Shown in pieces: positions 29,333 through 39,023 of a stretch of DNA of 64,000 nt. Source of the DNA: Nibricoccus sp. GTDB taxonomy: Bacteria > Verrucomicrobiota > Verrucomicrobiia > Opitutales > Opitutaceae. Each line of letters starts with the position of its first letter. The stretch's first letter is position 1. The notes under the pieces were generated by a model. It worked only from the letters and a program-made list of their open reading frames with translations. It was not told the origin of the DNA and ran no database searches. The stretch lies in assembly GCA_047602425.1 (NCBI GenBank), contig JASGHG010000001.1:2688001-2752000 (forward strand). The letters run 5' to 3'. The position numbers and the translations under genes were made by a program.

Positions 29333-30334
29333 ATGAATTTTGCCGTCATCGGAGCCGGAGCTTGGGGCACTGCGTTTGCCGTGCATCTGAGCCGGCTCGG
29401 CCACACCGTGACGCTCGTGCCGCGGCGGTTTGAGCAGGCGCTGGCGCTTTCAACGGCACGCGAAAATGCCGAGTATCTGCCAGGCATTGTGCTGCCGCCG
29501 AGTTTGCAGATCGGCCACGAACTTGCCCCGGTTTTGATGGAGGCTGAAGTCGTCATGCTGGCTTGTCCGGCGCAAGCGTTGCGCGAGACGTGCGTTCGGA
29601 TCCGCGAAGCGTCGGCGCTGGCGACGCAGTTGAAATTTGTCGTCAGTCTGGCGAAAGGTTTGGAACTCGGCACTTATCTGCGTCCGACGGAAGTGATTTC
29701 TGCGGTGTTGCCAAACTACGCGGCTGCGGCGCTGACGGGGCCGACCAATGCGGCCGAAGTGGCCAAGGGCAAGCCCTCCGCCATGACGCTTGCGACGGCG
29801 CGGATCGATGACGCGACCGAGGCCGTGCAGGCGGCGCTGAGCGGGCCGACGCTGCGTGTTTACACCAGCGGTGACGTGGCTGGCGTCGAGTTTGGCGGCT
29901 GCCTGAAGAATATTTATGCCATAGCGGCTGGTTGTTGCGACGGTTTGAAGCTGGGCGACAACAGCAAGGCGGCGCTGCTCACGCGTGCTTTGACCGAAAT
30001 GGTGCGGGTCGGGCAAGCCTTGGGCGCGCGGCCGGAGACGTTTTACGGGCTGAGCGGTTTTGGCGACCTCGTGGCGACCTGTCACGGTGGCTGGAGCCGC
30101 AATCGCGAATTCGGCCAGCGAGTGGGCGAGGGCAGGACCGTGGCCGAACTCTTTTCTGGAAGGAAAACCGTCGTCGAAGGCTACAAGACCACGCAGGCAT
30201 TTGCCGAACTCTGTGCGGCCAAAGGAATCGAAGCGCCGATTTTGAGTGAAATGCGCGTCATGCTTTTCGAGGGAAAATCGCCCTCGCAAGTGCTCACGAG
30301 CTTGATGATGCGTGAGCTGAAGCGGGAGAGCTGA
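29333..30334 (+). CDS. gpsA: NAD(P)H-dependent glycerol-3-phosphate dehydrogenase
   Basis: GAGAWGTA, KGLE, GPTNA, LKNIYAIAAG, GDLVATC...SRN. Confidence 0.96.
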   Translation: MNFAVIGAGAWGTAFAVHLSRLGHTVTLVPRRFEQALALSTARENAEYLPGIVLPPSLQIGHELAPVLMEAEVVMLACPAQALRETCVRIREASALATQLKFVVSLAKGLELGTYLRPTEVISAVLPNYAAAALTGPTNAAEVAKGKPSAMTLATARIDDATEAVQAALSGPTLRVYTSGDVAGVEFGGCLKNIYAIAAGCCDGLKLGDNSKAALLTRALTEMVRVGQALGARPETFYGLSGFGDLVATCHGGWSRNREFGQRVGEGRTVAELFSGRKTVVEGYKTTQAFAELCAAKGIEAPILSEMRVMLFEGKSPSQVLTSLMMRELKRES

Positions 30335-30453
30335 GTCCGTATCCCGCAATCGCTCCACGCAGGCCCGAGAAGTCCGAAAAGGTGCGACGCACCCAACCGT
30401 GTTGCTTGCGCTCCAAGCGCAAAGTCAATGCGCGCCCCGTCGGAGGTTTTGGC

Positions 30454-30867
30454 CTACTTTTTCTTCCCAAACATCTTTTCGAACAAACCGGGCTTCTTGG
30501 CCTTGACGCCTAATTCGGGGATTTGGGCAAGGGCTTCGTCGGGGAGTTGCTCGGCGATATAACTGCGGAGCTGGTCCATGTCGGCAAAAGGGACGTAAAT
30601 AGGGTGCCGGTAATGCTGGCCGCGGAGGCGATTGGCGAAAATTCCGAAGCCGAGCTGGGTCATTTGGTCGGCGATTTTGTTGAGCTTGTCCATGCCGAGC
30701 GGTTCGGGCACAGGGTTGGCCTTGACGGCGTTGCGGACCTGGCCTTCGAGATCCATGAGTTCCTGGGTGAGGCGCGTGCGCTCGGAGGGATCGACCGATT
30801 GTTTCCGTCGCGCGGCGAGTTCGTGGTATTTGTCGATGAGGGCCTTGGTTTGGTCGGTATCGCTCAC
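30454..30867 (-). CDS. Hypothetical protein with C-terminal amphipathic helix
   Basis: 137 aa, GTG start preceded by GAGG, coding-like codon usage, ends KKPGLFEKMFGKKK. Confidence 0.75.
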   Translation of the reverse strand: MSDTDQTKALIDKYHELAARRKQSVDPSERTRLTQELMDLEGQVRNAVKANPVPEPLGMDKLNKIADQMTQLGFGIFANRLRGQHYRHPIYVPFADMDQLRSYIAEQLPDEALAQIPELGVKAKKPGLFEKMFGKKK

Positions 30868-30998
30868 ACCTCTAATTTCGGCAGGAAGTGGCGGGATTCA
30901 AGTGCCATCCGTGTAACTTTGCAGTCCCGGCTTGAAGCTTTGGTGTTTTTGCATCCTGTACCGGGATGCCCCCCACATTAGAGCCCCTAAAACACCCT

Positions 30999-32626
30999 AT
31001 GAGTAATCCGGTAAACGACTCTTCCCTAGATCGTAAACATAAGCTTGTTATCTTCGCCTCATCCCTCGGAACGGTTTTTGAGTGGTACGACTTCTACATC
31101 TACGGGACGCTCGCGGTGTTTTTCGGGAAACTGTTTTTTCCGCCGGGAAATGAGACGGCGGGATTCTTGTCGAGTCTGGCGCTCTTCGGCGTGGGGTTTT
31201 CCGTGCGGCCATTTGGCGCGCTGGTTTTCGGGCGCATCGGTGACTTGGTGGGGCGCAAATATACGTTTCTCGTCACCATTCTGGTGATGGGCCTGTCGAC
31301 CGCGTTTGTGGGACTGCTTCCAACTTATGCGCAAATCGGCTGGCTGGCACCGATTATCTTGGTCGTGCTGCGCTTGGCTCAAGGCTTAGCACTCGGCGGC
31401 GAATACGGCGGTGCCGCAACCTACGTCGCTGAGCACGCGCCGAAGGGGAAACGAGGGGCTTTTACGAGCTGGATTCAAACGACCGCGACCCTGGGCTTTT
31501 TCTCTCGCTCGCGGTGATCCTCGGGGTGCGCTCGCTGCTCACGACCGAGCAATTTGGCTCGTGGGGCTGGCGTCTGCCGTTTCTTGTCTCAATCGTCTTG
31601 TTGGGTGTCTCGGTCTATATTCGGCTGAAACTTCATGAGTCGCCCGTGTTCGCCGAAATGAAGGCGCAGGGGAAAACATCGAAAGCGCCATTGACCGAAA
31701 GTTTTGCCCGCTGGTCCAATGCGCAACTAGTCTTGCGCGCCCTCTTCGGCGCGACTGCGGGGCAAGGCGTGGTCTGGTACGCCGGCCAATTTTACGCGCT
31801 GTACTTCCTAACCACGACACTGAAGGTCGACTATGTGAACGCCTACGTGCTGGTGGCGATTGCGCTGGTGATAGGCACGCCGTTGTTTGTCGTGTTCGGA
31901 CGTTTGTCGGACCGCATCGGTCGCAAGAAAATCATGCTCACGGGCTGTCTGCTTGCGTCGCTGACCTACATGCCGATCTTCCGCGAACTCACAAAGGCGG
32001 CAAATCCGGCTCTGGCCGAAGCGATGCACAGTTCGCCCGTGGTTCTCCACACGACCGAATATCGCAACAACATCGAGCTGGCTTTCACGGCCATGGCCGA
32101 TGCGGCGGGAAAGATCATCGGCTATAAACGCACGGAAACCGAGGCGGACAAGGCGCGCAATTTCCTCAACTCCCGCGGCGTGCCTTTCACGCTCGCCCCT
32201 GCACGGCCCAATGTGCCTCTCATGCTCGACGTGGCGGATCGCACGGTCACCGGTTTTGATACCAAGGCCTACGAGGTCGCCATTGCGCCGGCAGGATATC
32301 CGAAGGCAGCGGACAAGGAAGCAATCAACTATCCGGTGGTAATCGTACTGCTCACGATTCTGATGACCTACGTCGCGATGGTTTACGGCCCGATCGCCGC
32401 GTTTTTGGTCGAGCTTTTCCCGACGCACATTCGCTACACTTCAATGTCGCTGCCGTATCATATCGGTAACGGCTGGTTCGGTGGTTTCCTGCCACTGATC
32501 GCCGCCTCGGTGGTGGTTTTCACCGGCGACATCTACGCCGGCCTGTGGTATCCCATCGGCGTCGCTTTCGTAGGCTTCCTCATCGGACTTGTCGCATTGC
32601 CCGAAACGAAAGACAACGACCTCTGA
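30999..32626 (+). pseudogene. MFS transporter (metabolite:H+ symporter family), 1-nt deletion in T-run 31497-31501 (probably a sequencing error)
   Basis: GTVFEWYDFYIY, GRIGDLVGRK, GGEYGG, ELFPTHIRY; a sixth T restores LGFFLSLAVILG. Confidence 0.92.
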
Positions 32627-32670
32627 GCGGCCGGGCTGCCGAGGGCTTTGCTGGTTGAGCGGCCCTCGCG

Positions 32671-32723
32671 TGTCGCTGGTGATCTTTGTCGACTGCTCTA
32701 CGTCGATCAGGTTACCAGCGGCA
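32671..32723 (+). other. Intergenic RNA hairpin downstream of the MFS gene
   Basis: 15-bp stem TGTCGCTGGTGATCT/AGGTTACCAGCGGCA with three G-U pairs, plus a 5-bp inner stem. Confidence 0.55.
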
Positions 32724-32766
32724 ATCGTTTGCGAAGGGATTTGTGGACGGAAACATGGTTAGGATC

Positions 32767-33318
32767 TTAACAATATTTGGATTTAACCGGCGTTAGTCTG
32801 AGATGTTTCCGATAAATGAAGATGAAGCTCAATCCGGCGACGAGAGGTATAATCGCGCCGACGGAAATTCCCTTGAAGGAAACGTCACCAACCGGGTAAA
32901 TCGCAGACTTCCAAATTTGCGAGTACCGGACGGGTACTTGACGATTTTCCCCCGCATCGGCGCGTGATATCCCAACATCGGTGAAATAGCCCAGGGATTC
33001 CCTATTTTCGTTATAAAGAAAGCCATTGGTGCCATAGTACTCGACCATTTGCCGGCCGCCCGGCCCGTATTTTTGTCCCCCGCGAACGATCAGTTGTTTG
33101 CGAAACAAGTGGGTATCGGCTGGTTCGAAATATCCCGGTGCGAAACTGAATCCAAAAATCACAATACCTAAGCTTAAGAGAATAAGAAGGCCACCGATGC
33201 CGAGGACGAACCAGCGGGCGATGTATTGTGATTCAAAGATGATGCCTTCCTTGGAATAGACAGCTGAAGTATCGACCGAAGCGGTTTCTCTCTTCTTTCG
33301 TTTAAACCGTGGTGACAT
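32767..33318 (-). CDS. Hypothetical 2-TM protein (DUF3592-like topology)
   Basis: TM-soluble loop-TM; visibly more AT-rich than its neighbours. Confidence 0.6.
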   Translation of the reverse strand: MSPRFKRKKRETASVDTSAVYSKEGIIFESQYIARWFVLGIGGLLILLSLGIVIFGFSFAPGYFEPADTHLFRKQLIVRGGQKYGPGGRQMVEYYGTNGFLYNENRESLGYFTDVGISRADAGENRQVPVRYSQIWKSAIYPVGDVSFKGISVGAIIPLVAGLSFIFIYRKHLRLTPVKSKYC

Positions 33319-33427
33319 TGGCGTTCGGGACTATGGATGGACGCCCGAATGATGGGCTCTCCAGAGAAATTGAGATGATCCGAGTTTGTGAAGCCGTGGT
33401 CCCGCCGAAAGCTTATTTTATTCAACT

Positions 33428-33461
33428 AAAAAGCGGGTCCGGAAAATTTCCGGACCCGCTT
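33428..33461 (-). terminator. Intrinsic terminator of amtB
   Basis: Minus strand AAGCGGGTCCGGAAA-T-TTTCCGGACCCGCTTTTT. Confidence 0.88.
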
Positions 33462-33494
33462 GAAAGCGACAAACCGATCGTAGGCGGTAAGGGT

Positions 33495-34931
33495 TTACTC
33501 GATGATATAGCCCTCTTCGCCGTGTTCGGCGACGTCGAGTCCTTGCGATTCGTCTTCTTCGCTGACGCGGAGGCTGCCGAAGGCGTAGGCGACCAGTTTC
33601 GCGATCACGAGGGTAGCGACCACCGACCAGACGAGCACGAGGCCACCGGCTTTGATTTGTTCGAGCCAAAGCTTGTGATGAGCGATGGCTCCGACACCGG
33701 GATGAACCGAACTCGTGGCAAAGATACCAGCGAAGATTGTGCCGATCGTGCCACCGACGGCATGCACGCCGAAGGTGTCGAGCGAGTCGTCGTATTTAAA
33801 TTTTGCTTTGAGAAAATTACAGGCGCCAAACGTGGCGGCGCCGGCCACAAGTCCAATGAGAACGGCGTTGCCTGCGGTGACAAAGCCACTCGCCGGCGTG
33901 ATGGTAGCCAGGCCCGCGACCGCGCCTGAGCAGAAGCCGAGCACCGAAGGTTTGCCGCGATGGAGGTATTCGAGGAACGGCCAGGTGAAGCAGCCTGCGG
34001 CGGCGGCGAGCGTGGTTGTGACAAACGCGTTGACCGCGATGCCGTCGGCGGCAACGGCGCTGCCGGCATTGAAGCCATACCAGCCGGCCCAGAGCATGCC
34101 GGTGCCGGTCATACAGAAGACCATGCTGTGCGGCGGCATGGGTTCGCGGCCGTGGCCCATGCGTTTGCCGAGCACGATGCAGAGCGCGAGCGCGCTCCAA
34201 CCCGAAGTCATGTGGACAACGATGCCGCCGGCGAAATCGATAGCCTTGATTCCTGCGTTGGGATTGAGCAGACCGCTCATCCAACCGTCGACGCCCCAAA
34301 CCATGTGCGCGACCGGGAAGTAGACAACAAACATCCAGATAACGCTAAAAAGCATCACGGCTTTGAACTTCATGCGCTCGGCGATGGCGCCGATGGTGAG
34401 CGCCGGCGTGATGATGGCGAACATCAGCTGATAAACCATGAAGAGACTGTGCGGCACCCAGTTTGCATAGTCGCGATTGGGCTCGATGCCGACGCCGCGC
34501 AGAAAGCTGAAGTTCCAATTGCCGATAATGCCGTTGCCACGCGAGAACGTCAGACTGTATCCAAAAGCCCACCACAAAATCGTGACGATGCCGGCGAGGC
34601 CGAGGCATTGCGCGAGAATGGAGAGGACGTTTTTGCGCCGCACAAGGCCGCCATAGAAAAGAGCGAGGCCGGGCAACGTCATGAAAAGCACGAGCGCGGC
34701 GCTGGTCATCATCCATGCGCTGTGGCCGGGGCCGCCATTCGGAATTTTCGACACGGCCTGACCGTCCGTGACGCGGGCCGTGTTATTGACGTACGCTTCG
34801 AGATCGCCGAGTCGCTGCTCCGTTGTCGGTGCCGGAAGCGTAGAGGCCGGTGCAGTTTCTGCCGCGGCGCGTTGAAGAGGAACGATGAAGCCTGTCCAGG
34901 CCACAACGAGGATGCTGAGGATTTTTTTCAT
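33495..34931 (-). CDS. amtB: Ammonium transporter
   Basis: PGLALFYGG, DFAGGIVVH, GWYGFNAGS, DDSLDTFGVH (twin His). Confidence 0.97.
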   Translation of the reverse strand: MKKILSILVVAWTGFIVPLQRAAAETAPASTLPAPTTEQRLGDLEAYVNNTARVTDGQAVSKIPNGGPGHSAWMMTSAALVLFMTLPGLALFYGGLVRRKNVLSILAQCLGLAGIVTILWWAFGYSLTFSRGNGIIGNWNFSFLRGVGIEPNRDYANWVPHSLFMVYQLMFAIITPALTIGAIAERMKFKAVMLFSVIWMFVVYFPVAHMVWGVDGWMSGLLNPNAGIKAIDFAGGIVVHMTSGWSALALCIVLGKRMGHGREPMPPHSMVFCMTGTGMLWAGWYGFNAGSAVAADGIAVNAFVTTTLAAAAGCFTWPFLEYLHRGKPSVLGFCSGAVAGLATITPASGFVTAGNAVLIGLVAGAATFGACNFLKAKFKYDDSLDTFGVHAVGGTIGTIFAGIFATSSVHPGVGAIAHHKLWLEQIKAGGLVLVWSVVATLVIAKLVAYAFGSLRVSEEDESQGLDVAEHGEEGYIIE

Positions 34932-35331
34932 AAGACGCCCGTAACGTTGGTTCGTCGGGCTGCGTTTCAGCGGCACACGCTTGCGCCTTTGTGGATTGCA
35001 GGCGGTTTGGGAGCGTGGCGAGCTGGCGTCAGCCCTGTCCAGATACGGGAACTTGTGAGGCTAGCGCCGAAAAAGCGGATGAATAGCCTTTATCCAATGA
35101 AACGTTTTCATGGTGGCCCCAGCATCGATAGCGCTAAGATGCAAAGATCGTTAATATATATTTATAAAGGAGTAATGACGTGCCTGAAATCTTTTCACGA
35201 AGATGATGCGCCATATAAATGACAACCTCGCACTGGCCTAAAAATCCCGCAACCAGAAGGCCGCGACCGGAAATTCATGTTCCTTATTGGTCTGAGTTTG
35301 CATTCACTCTTTCCATAATTTTCTCGTTCTT

Positions 35332-36348
35332 GTGTCCGCAAAAATAGATCCACGCATTCTCGAAAGACTCCGACGGCTCCTTTGCAGTCTGCAGGACCAC
35401 ATTCGCGACGCTGTGATCGCGTCGCGCCGCGCGCATGCCAAGTCGTTTGCGAAAATCGTTGCGGTGACCGAGGCCGACACGATTTACCAAATCGATAAAA
35501 TCAGCGAGGCGGCGATTTTGAGCTGGTTCAAAAAAAACTGGCCGCGCACGTTGCCGGTAGAGCTGGTGATGGAGGGAATCGAGGATGGGGAAGAAGTGAC
35601 ATTTCCGCGCGGCACACCTGTCGAAAAGACCGCTTGGAAATGCATTTTGGATCCAATCGACGGCACTCGCTGTATTATGTACGACAAACGCAGTGCCTGG
35701 TCGCTGGGCGGCATCGCGCCGCAACGCGGGCCGAAGACGGAGCTTGCCGACATCGTTGTGGCGGCGATGACTGAGCTGCCCACGACGAAGCAGGCGCGCT
35801 CGGATCAATTCAGCGCCTTTCGCGGAGGAAAGCTACGCGCTATCGCCAAAAATCTTGCGACCGCCAGGGCGAATTCGTTGGCCATTCGTCCATCGCAAGC
35901 GCGGGATTTCAAGCACGGTTTTGCCTCTTTCTCCCGGTTTTTTCCCGACGGTCGTGCGCTCACCTCGCAGATCGAGGAAGCGCTCTGGCGCGAATTGCAT
36001 GCGGGTGAGCACGGGACGACGCCTTTGATTTTCGACGACCAATATATTTCGACCGGCGGACAGCTGCATGAATTGCTGACCGGGCGCGATCGCTTTGTCG
36101 GTGAGATTCGCCCATTGGTTTTCAAGAAACTCGGGATTGAGTCATCGCTGGTATGTCATCCCTACGACCTTTGCACGGCCCTGCTTTTGGAGGTGGCGGG
36201 TGGAGTGGTCGAGGCGCCTTTGGGTGGCGCGGTGCGCGCGCCTCTCGATACGACAAGTCCGGTCGCCTGGGTGGGCTACGCCAATCCAAAGCTGGCGAAA
36301 CTGCTGCGGCCTGTTTTGCACAACGTCCTGCGGGAATTTTTGGGATAA
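35332..36348 (+). CDS. Inositol monophosphatase-superfamily protein
   Basis: D..SE, EG, ILDPIDGT, PYD metal-binding motifs. Confidence 0.8.
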   Translation: MSAKIDPRILERLRRLLCSLQDHIRDAVIASRRAHAKSFAKIVAVTEADTIYQIDKISEAAILSWFKKNWPRTLPVELVMEGIEDGEEVTFPRGTPVEKTAWKCILDPIDGTRCIMYDKRSAWSLGGIAPQRGPKTELADIVVAAMTELPTTKQARSDQFSAFRGGKLRAIAKNLATARANSLAIRPSQARDFKHGFASFSRFFPDGRALTSQIEEALWRELHAGEHGTTPLIFDDQYISTGGQLHELLTGRDRFVGEIRPLVFKKLGIESSLVCHPYDLCTALLLEVAGGVVEAPLGGAVRAPLDTTSPVAWVGYANPKLAKLLRPVLHNVLREFLG

Positions 36349-36588
36349 AATATTAGTAGACCCATTTGTTTTTTTCGCACGCTGTCGTGGGGTGGAGGCG
36401 GTGAACTGGCATCGGGCAAAGCCCTTGTTTTTGGCTTTTTTCAAAAATACTTACATAAGTTTCAGTATGGCAGTGGTTAAATTGCTAACATGATTGGCGG
36501 TACGGTCGCGTTTTTCACCAATCGCTTACCTACTTTTGGTTCGAACGGGTCGATAAAATAGGTGTCGATAGAGCCCATCAAGAAAGCC

Positions 36589-37242
36589 ATGAAACCCCTC
36601 TTCGTCGCGATCTCTTTTGTTTGTCTGGCGCCGCTGGCTTTTGCCGAACAAACGCCACAGGTGAAAAAGAAGGTGGGCGTGGCTTCAGTTCGAACGACCA
36701 AAGTCGAAGTGGCCAAACCGGAAGCGAGGCCCGCTCTTAACACCGCTGGGCGCTCGATCATGAGACTGAGCGAAGATGTGGATGTGCGGGGTCGCCCATG
36801 CAAGAGAGGTTGGTTGAAGCTACACTCGAACGGTATGCCCTCTTCGTTTACCGCCTCGTCGGAACTTGAGTTTGGAAAACTGAAAGTTCCGGCCGACACC
36901 TGGGTGATGCAGGATGAAAAAGGTCTTGTGGTGGCGTGTGCCTTGCCGCGCGATATGGAGATCCAAGGCGTGCTTTGCCGTGGAACGGGTGGCGCGAAGG
37001 GCGTGCAAATCGAAGTATATCCAAGCGGCGCGCTGAAGCGGGCCTTTTTAGCGAAGGATACTGTTATTCAAGGCGTGCCCTGCGCGTCGGGACTTGTTTC
37101 GGGAATGGTGGAATTCCACGAGGACGGCCAGCTCAAGAGCTGCAAATTAAGCGATGCCCATACGTACGCTGGCGTTGCTTACAAGAAGGGCGCACGGCTT
37201 GAGTTGCCAGCGGTGGACGGCGAAGCCATTGCGGCGAAGTGA
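36589..37242 (+). CDS. Secreted beta-repeat protein (MORN-variant-like)
   Basis: Signal peptide; 4-5 repeats of about 30-35 aa, (Y/H)xxGxLxxxxLxxDxxIxGxPC. Confidence 0.75.
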   Translation: MKPLFVAISFVCLAPLAFAEQTPQVKKKVGVASVRTTKVEVAKPEARPALNTAGRSIMRLSEDVDVRGRPCKRGWLKLHSNGMPSSFTASSELEFGKLKVPADTWVMQDEKGLVVACALPRDMEIQGVLCRGTGGAKGVQIEVYPSGALKRAFLAKDTVIQGVPCASGLVSGMVEFHEDGQLKSCKLSDAHTYAGVAYKKGARLELPAVDGEAIAAK

Positions 37243-37333
37243 GAAGTAGGCAAGCGCGTGGCGTTTTTTGCCTTACTGACGACTTTCTTTTTTCCCAATA
37301 AGAAAAACGCAAGGGGCGGGATCTAGTGATTTC

Positions 37334-37939
37334 CTACGAAGGAATTGTTTCGCGGAGAAAAGGCGTCAGCTCTGCTTTGAGGTATTGACGAGCTCGATAC
37401 AGACGGGTTTCGACGCCGCGCTCTGAGCAACCGGTGATGCGGCCGATTTCGCGATAGCAGAGATGTTCGTAGTGGTGAAGGAGCAGCGTGGTTTTGAGAT
37501 CGTGCGGCAGACGATCGATTGCGGTCGCGAGGGCGCTGAGCGCTTCAGAATGTTCCAATGTGCGATCCGGCGGCGGACCGTCATGGGCAATTTGCTGAGC
37601 CGGGGCAAAAGTGTTGGAGTTTGCGGATGGTTCGGTCGCATCCAGGCTGACCGAGGGATGACGTTTCCGCCAGCGGTGATGGTTGTGACAAAGGTTGGCG
37701 AGGATCGTGAAAAGCCAGGCGGAAAGGCGGGTGTCTTCGGCGAGACGCTTGTGTTGCTGATAGAGGCGAACGAAAACTTCGGCCACCAAGTCGTGAGCGT
37801 CGGTGGAGTTGTGCAGATAACGCCAGGCGAAGGCGAAGAGCGGTTTTTGCCAGCGCAGCATCAAGCGGTTCAGAGCGGTGTCATCACCGGTCTGGAGCGC
37901 GTGAAGATCGGCGCTGTCGTTGTCGGGGTTTTGAGTCAC
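37334..37939 (-). CDS. ECF sigma-70 factor
   Basis: Sigma2 (AHDLVAEVF, SAWLFTILANL) and sigma4 (LCYREIG...VETRLYRAR). Confidence 0.93.
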   Translation of the reverse strand: MTQNPDNDSADLHALQTGDDTALNRLMLRWQKPLFAFAWRYLHNSTDAHDLVAEVFVRLYQQHKRLAEDTRLSAWLFTILANLCHNHHRWRKRHPSVSLDATEPSANSNTFAPAQQIAHDGPPPDRTLEHSEALSALATAIDRLPHDLKTTLLLHHYEHLCYREIGRITGCSERGVETRLYRARQYLKAELTPFLRETIPS

Positions 37940-37960
37940 TGAAGGGGCGCTGCCCGTCTT

Positions 37961-38662
37961 CTAGAGAGAGCCGCTGCCGGGATTTTTGAAAGCTGGATTG
38001 AGGAGTTGGAGATACTGCTGCCGTTGCTGCGGGGTCATGACATCGGATGCCTCGGCGATCAATTTACGCGTGGATTCGGTGCATTCGCGATCGAGGCGGC
38101 GACGCTGTTCGACGTAACTGGCAAATTCGAGGAAATCGACCTGGCCGGCGGTTTGGCGGGTTTGTTCGAAGGACGCAAAGGCCTGTTGCATTTGCGAAAC
38201 CTTGTTTGCGAGAGCGATCAACCGAGGACTGAGTTGCTCGTGGACACTGCGAATGCGGGTCAATTGATCGTCGTTCAATTGCAGATCGGTTTTCATCCAC
38301 GCGAGAAGTGCGTCGAGGTTCGCGTTGCTCTGTTCGATGGAAGGGCCTCCATGAGATTCGAGCAAGGGGTCAATGAGCCGGAGATAACTTTGCGCCAGCT
38401 GGACGTTGCGTTGGGCGTGTTGCTGCGAAGTGCGCAGTTGAAATAGGAAAAGACCGAGCAGGACGCAGGTCGCCGCAAAGGCGATGCTGAAGGAGGGCCG
38501 GGAGAAAACGGTTTTCAGGCGATCGAGCCAACTGGGAGCGTCGTCGGGGTTGTCGGCCACGGCGATGCGACGCCAAACTTCAGGTTCGAGGTGCTCAGGT
38601 CCGGGCGTGCCCTTTCCCCATTGGTCGAGCAAGGTATCGAGCGGATCTTTGGGCGCTTGCAT
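37961..38662 (-). CDS. Putative anti-sigma factor fused to periplasmic heavy-metal-sensor (CnrX/Metal_resist-like) domain
   Basis: LDTLLDQW...VWRRIA, one TM, Y..LIDP, then WMKTDLQL.DDQ...H...EC...MTPQQRQQYL. Confidence 0.7.
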   Translation of the reverse strand: MQAPKDPLDTLLDQWGKGTPGPEHLEPEVWRRIAVADNPDDAPSWLDRLKTVFSRPSFSIAFAATCVLLGLFLFQLRTSQQHAQRNVQLAQSYLRLIDPLLESHGGPSIEQSNANLDALLAWMKTDLQLNDDQLTRIRSVHEQLSPRLIALANKVSQMQQAFASFEQTRQTAGQVDFLEFASYVEQRRRLDRECTESTRKLIAEASDVMTPQQRQQYLQLLNPAFKNPGSGSL

Positions 38663-38866
38663 GGGTTTGGCGGGTTGAAAAGGTTTGGAATAGAACGGCT
38701 GGGCGACAAAGAAAAACGGTTTATGCCGCAAGGAGCGTAACACCAATGACGGGGAAAGCCCTTCAAAAATTTCTGTCTTGGAGATCTGCAGCAACGACCA
38801 GGAAAAAACGCTATTTCACGCCACGCCGGTTGCCGGTCGCTCGCGATTTGAGCGGGAGGAAGGCTG

Positions 38867-38899
38867 AACTGTTTGTCATTTAATAGATGACAAACGGTT
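38867..38899. repeat. 33-bp near-perfect intergenic palindrome
   Basis: AACTGTTTGTCATTT-AAT-AGATGACAAACGGTT. Confidence 0.8.
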
Positions 38900-39023
38900 T
38901 TCTTCCCGATGCAGCCATTCGCGCGACTGGTGGTGGTGTGTGCGCGCATACCAACGCTGGACGGCGAACGGGGCGGCGCGATCGTTGGGCGAGGCGAATG
39001 GGCGAGCGCGGCGTGTTTTGCGC

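Noticed and set aside
32767..33425. AT-richer patch as a genomic island
   Set aside because: Single gene, with no integrase, tRNA or flanking direct repeats
35167..35222. AAGGAG followed by a 15-codon ORF (MTCLKSFHEDDAPYK) and NtrC-like half sites
   Set aside because: RBS spacing too short and matches too weak to separate from chance
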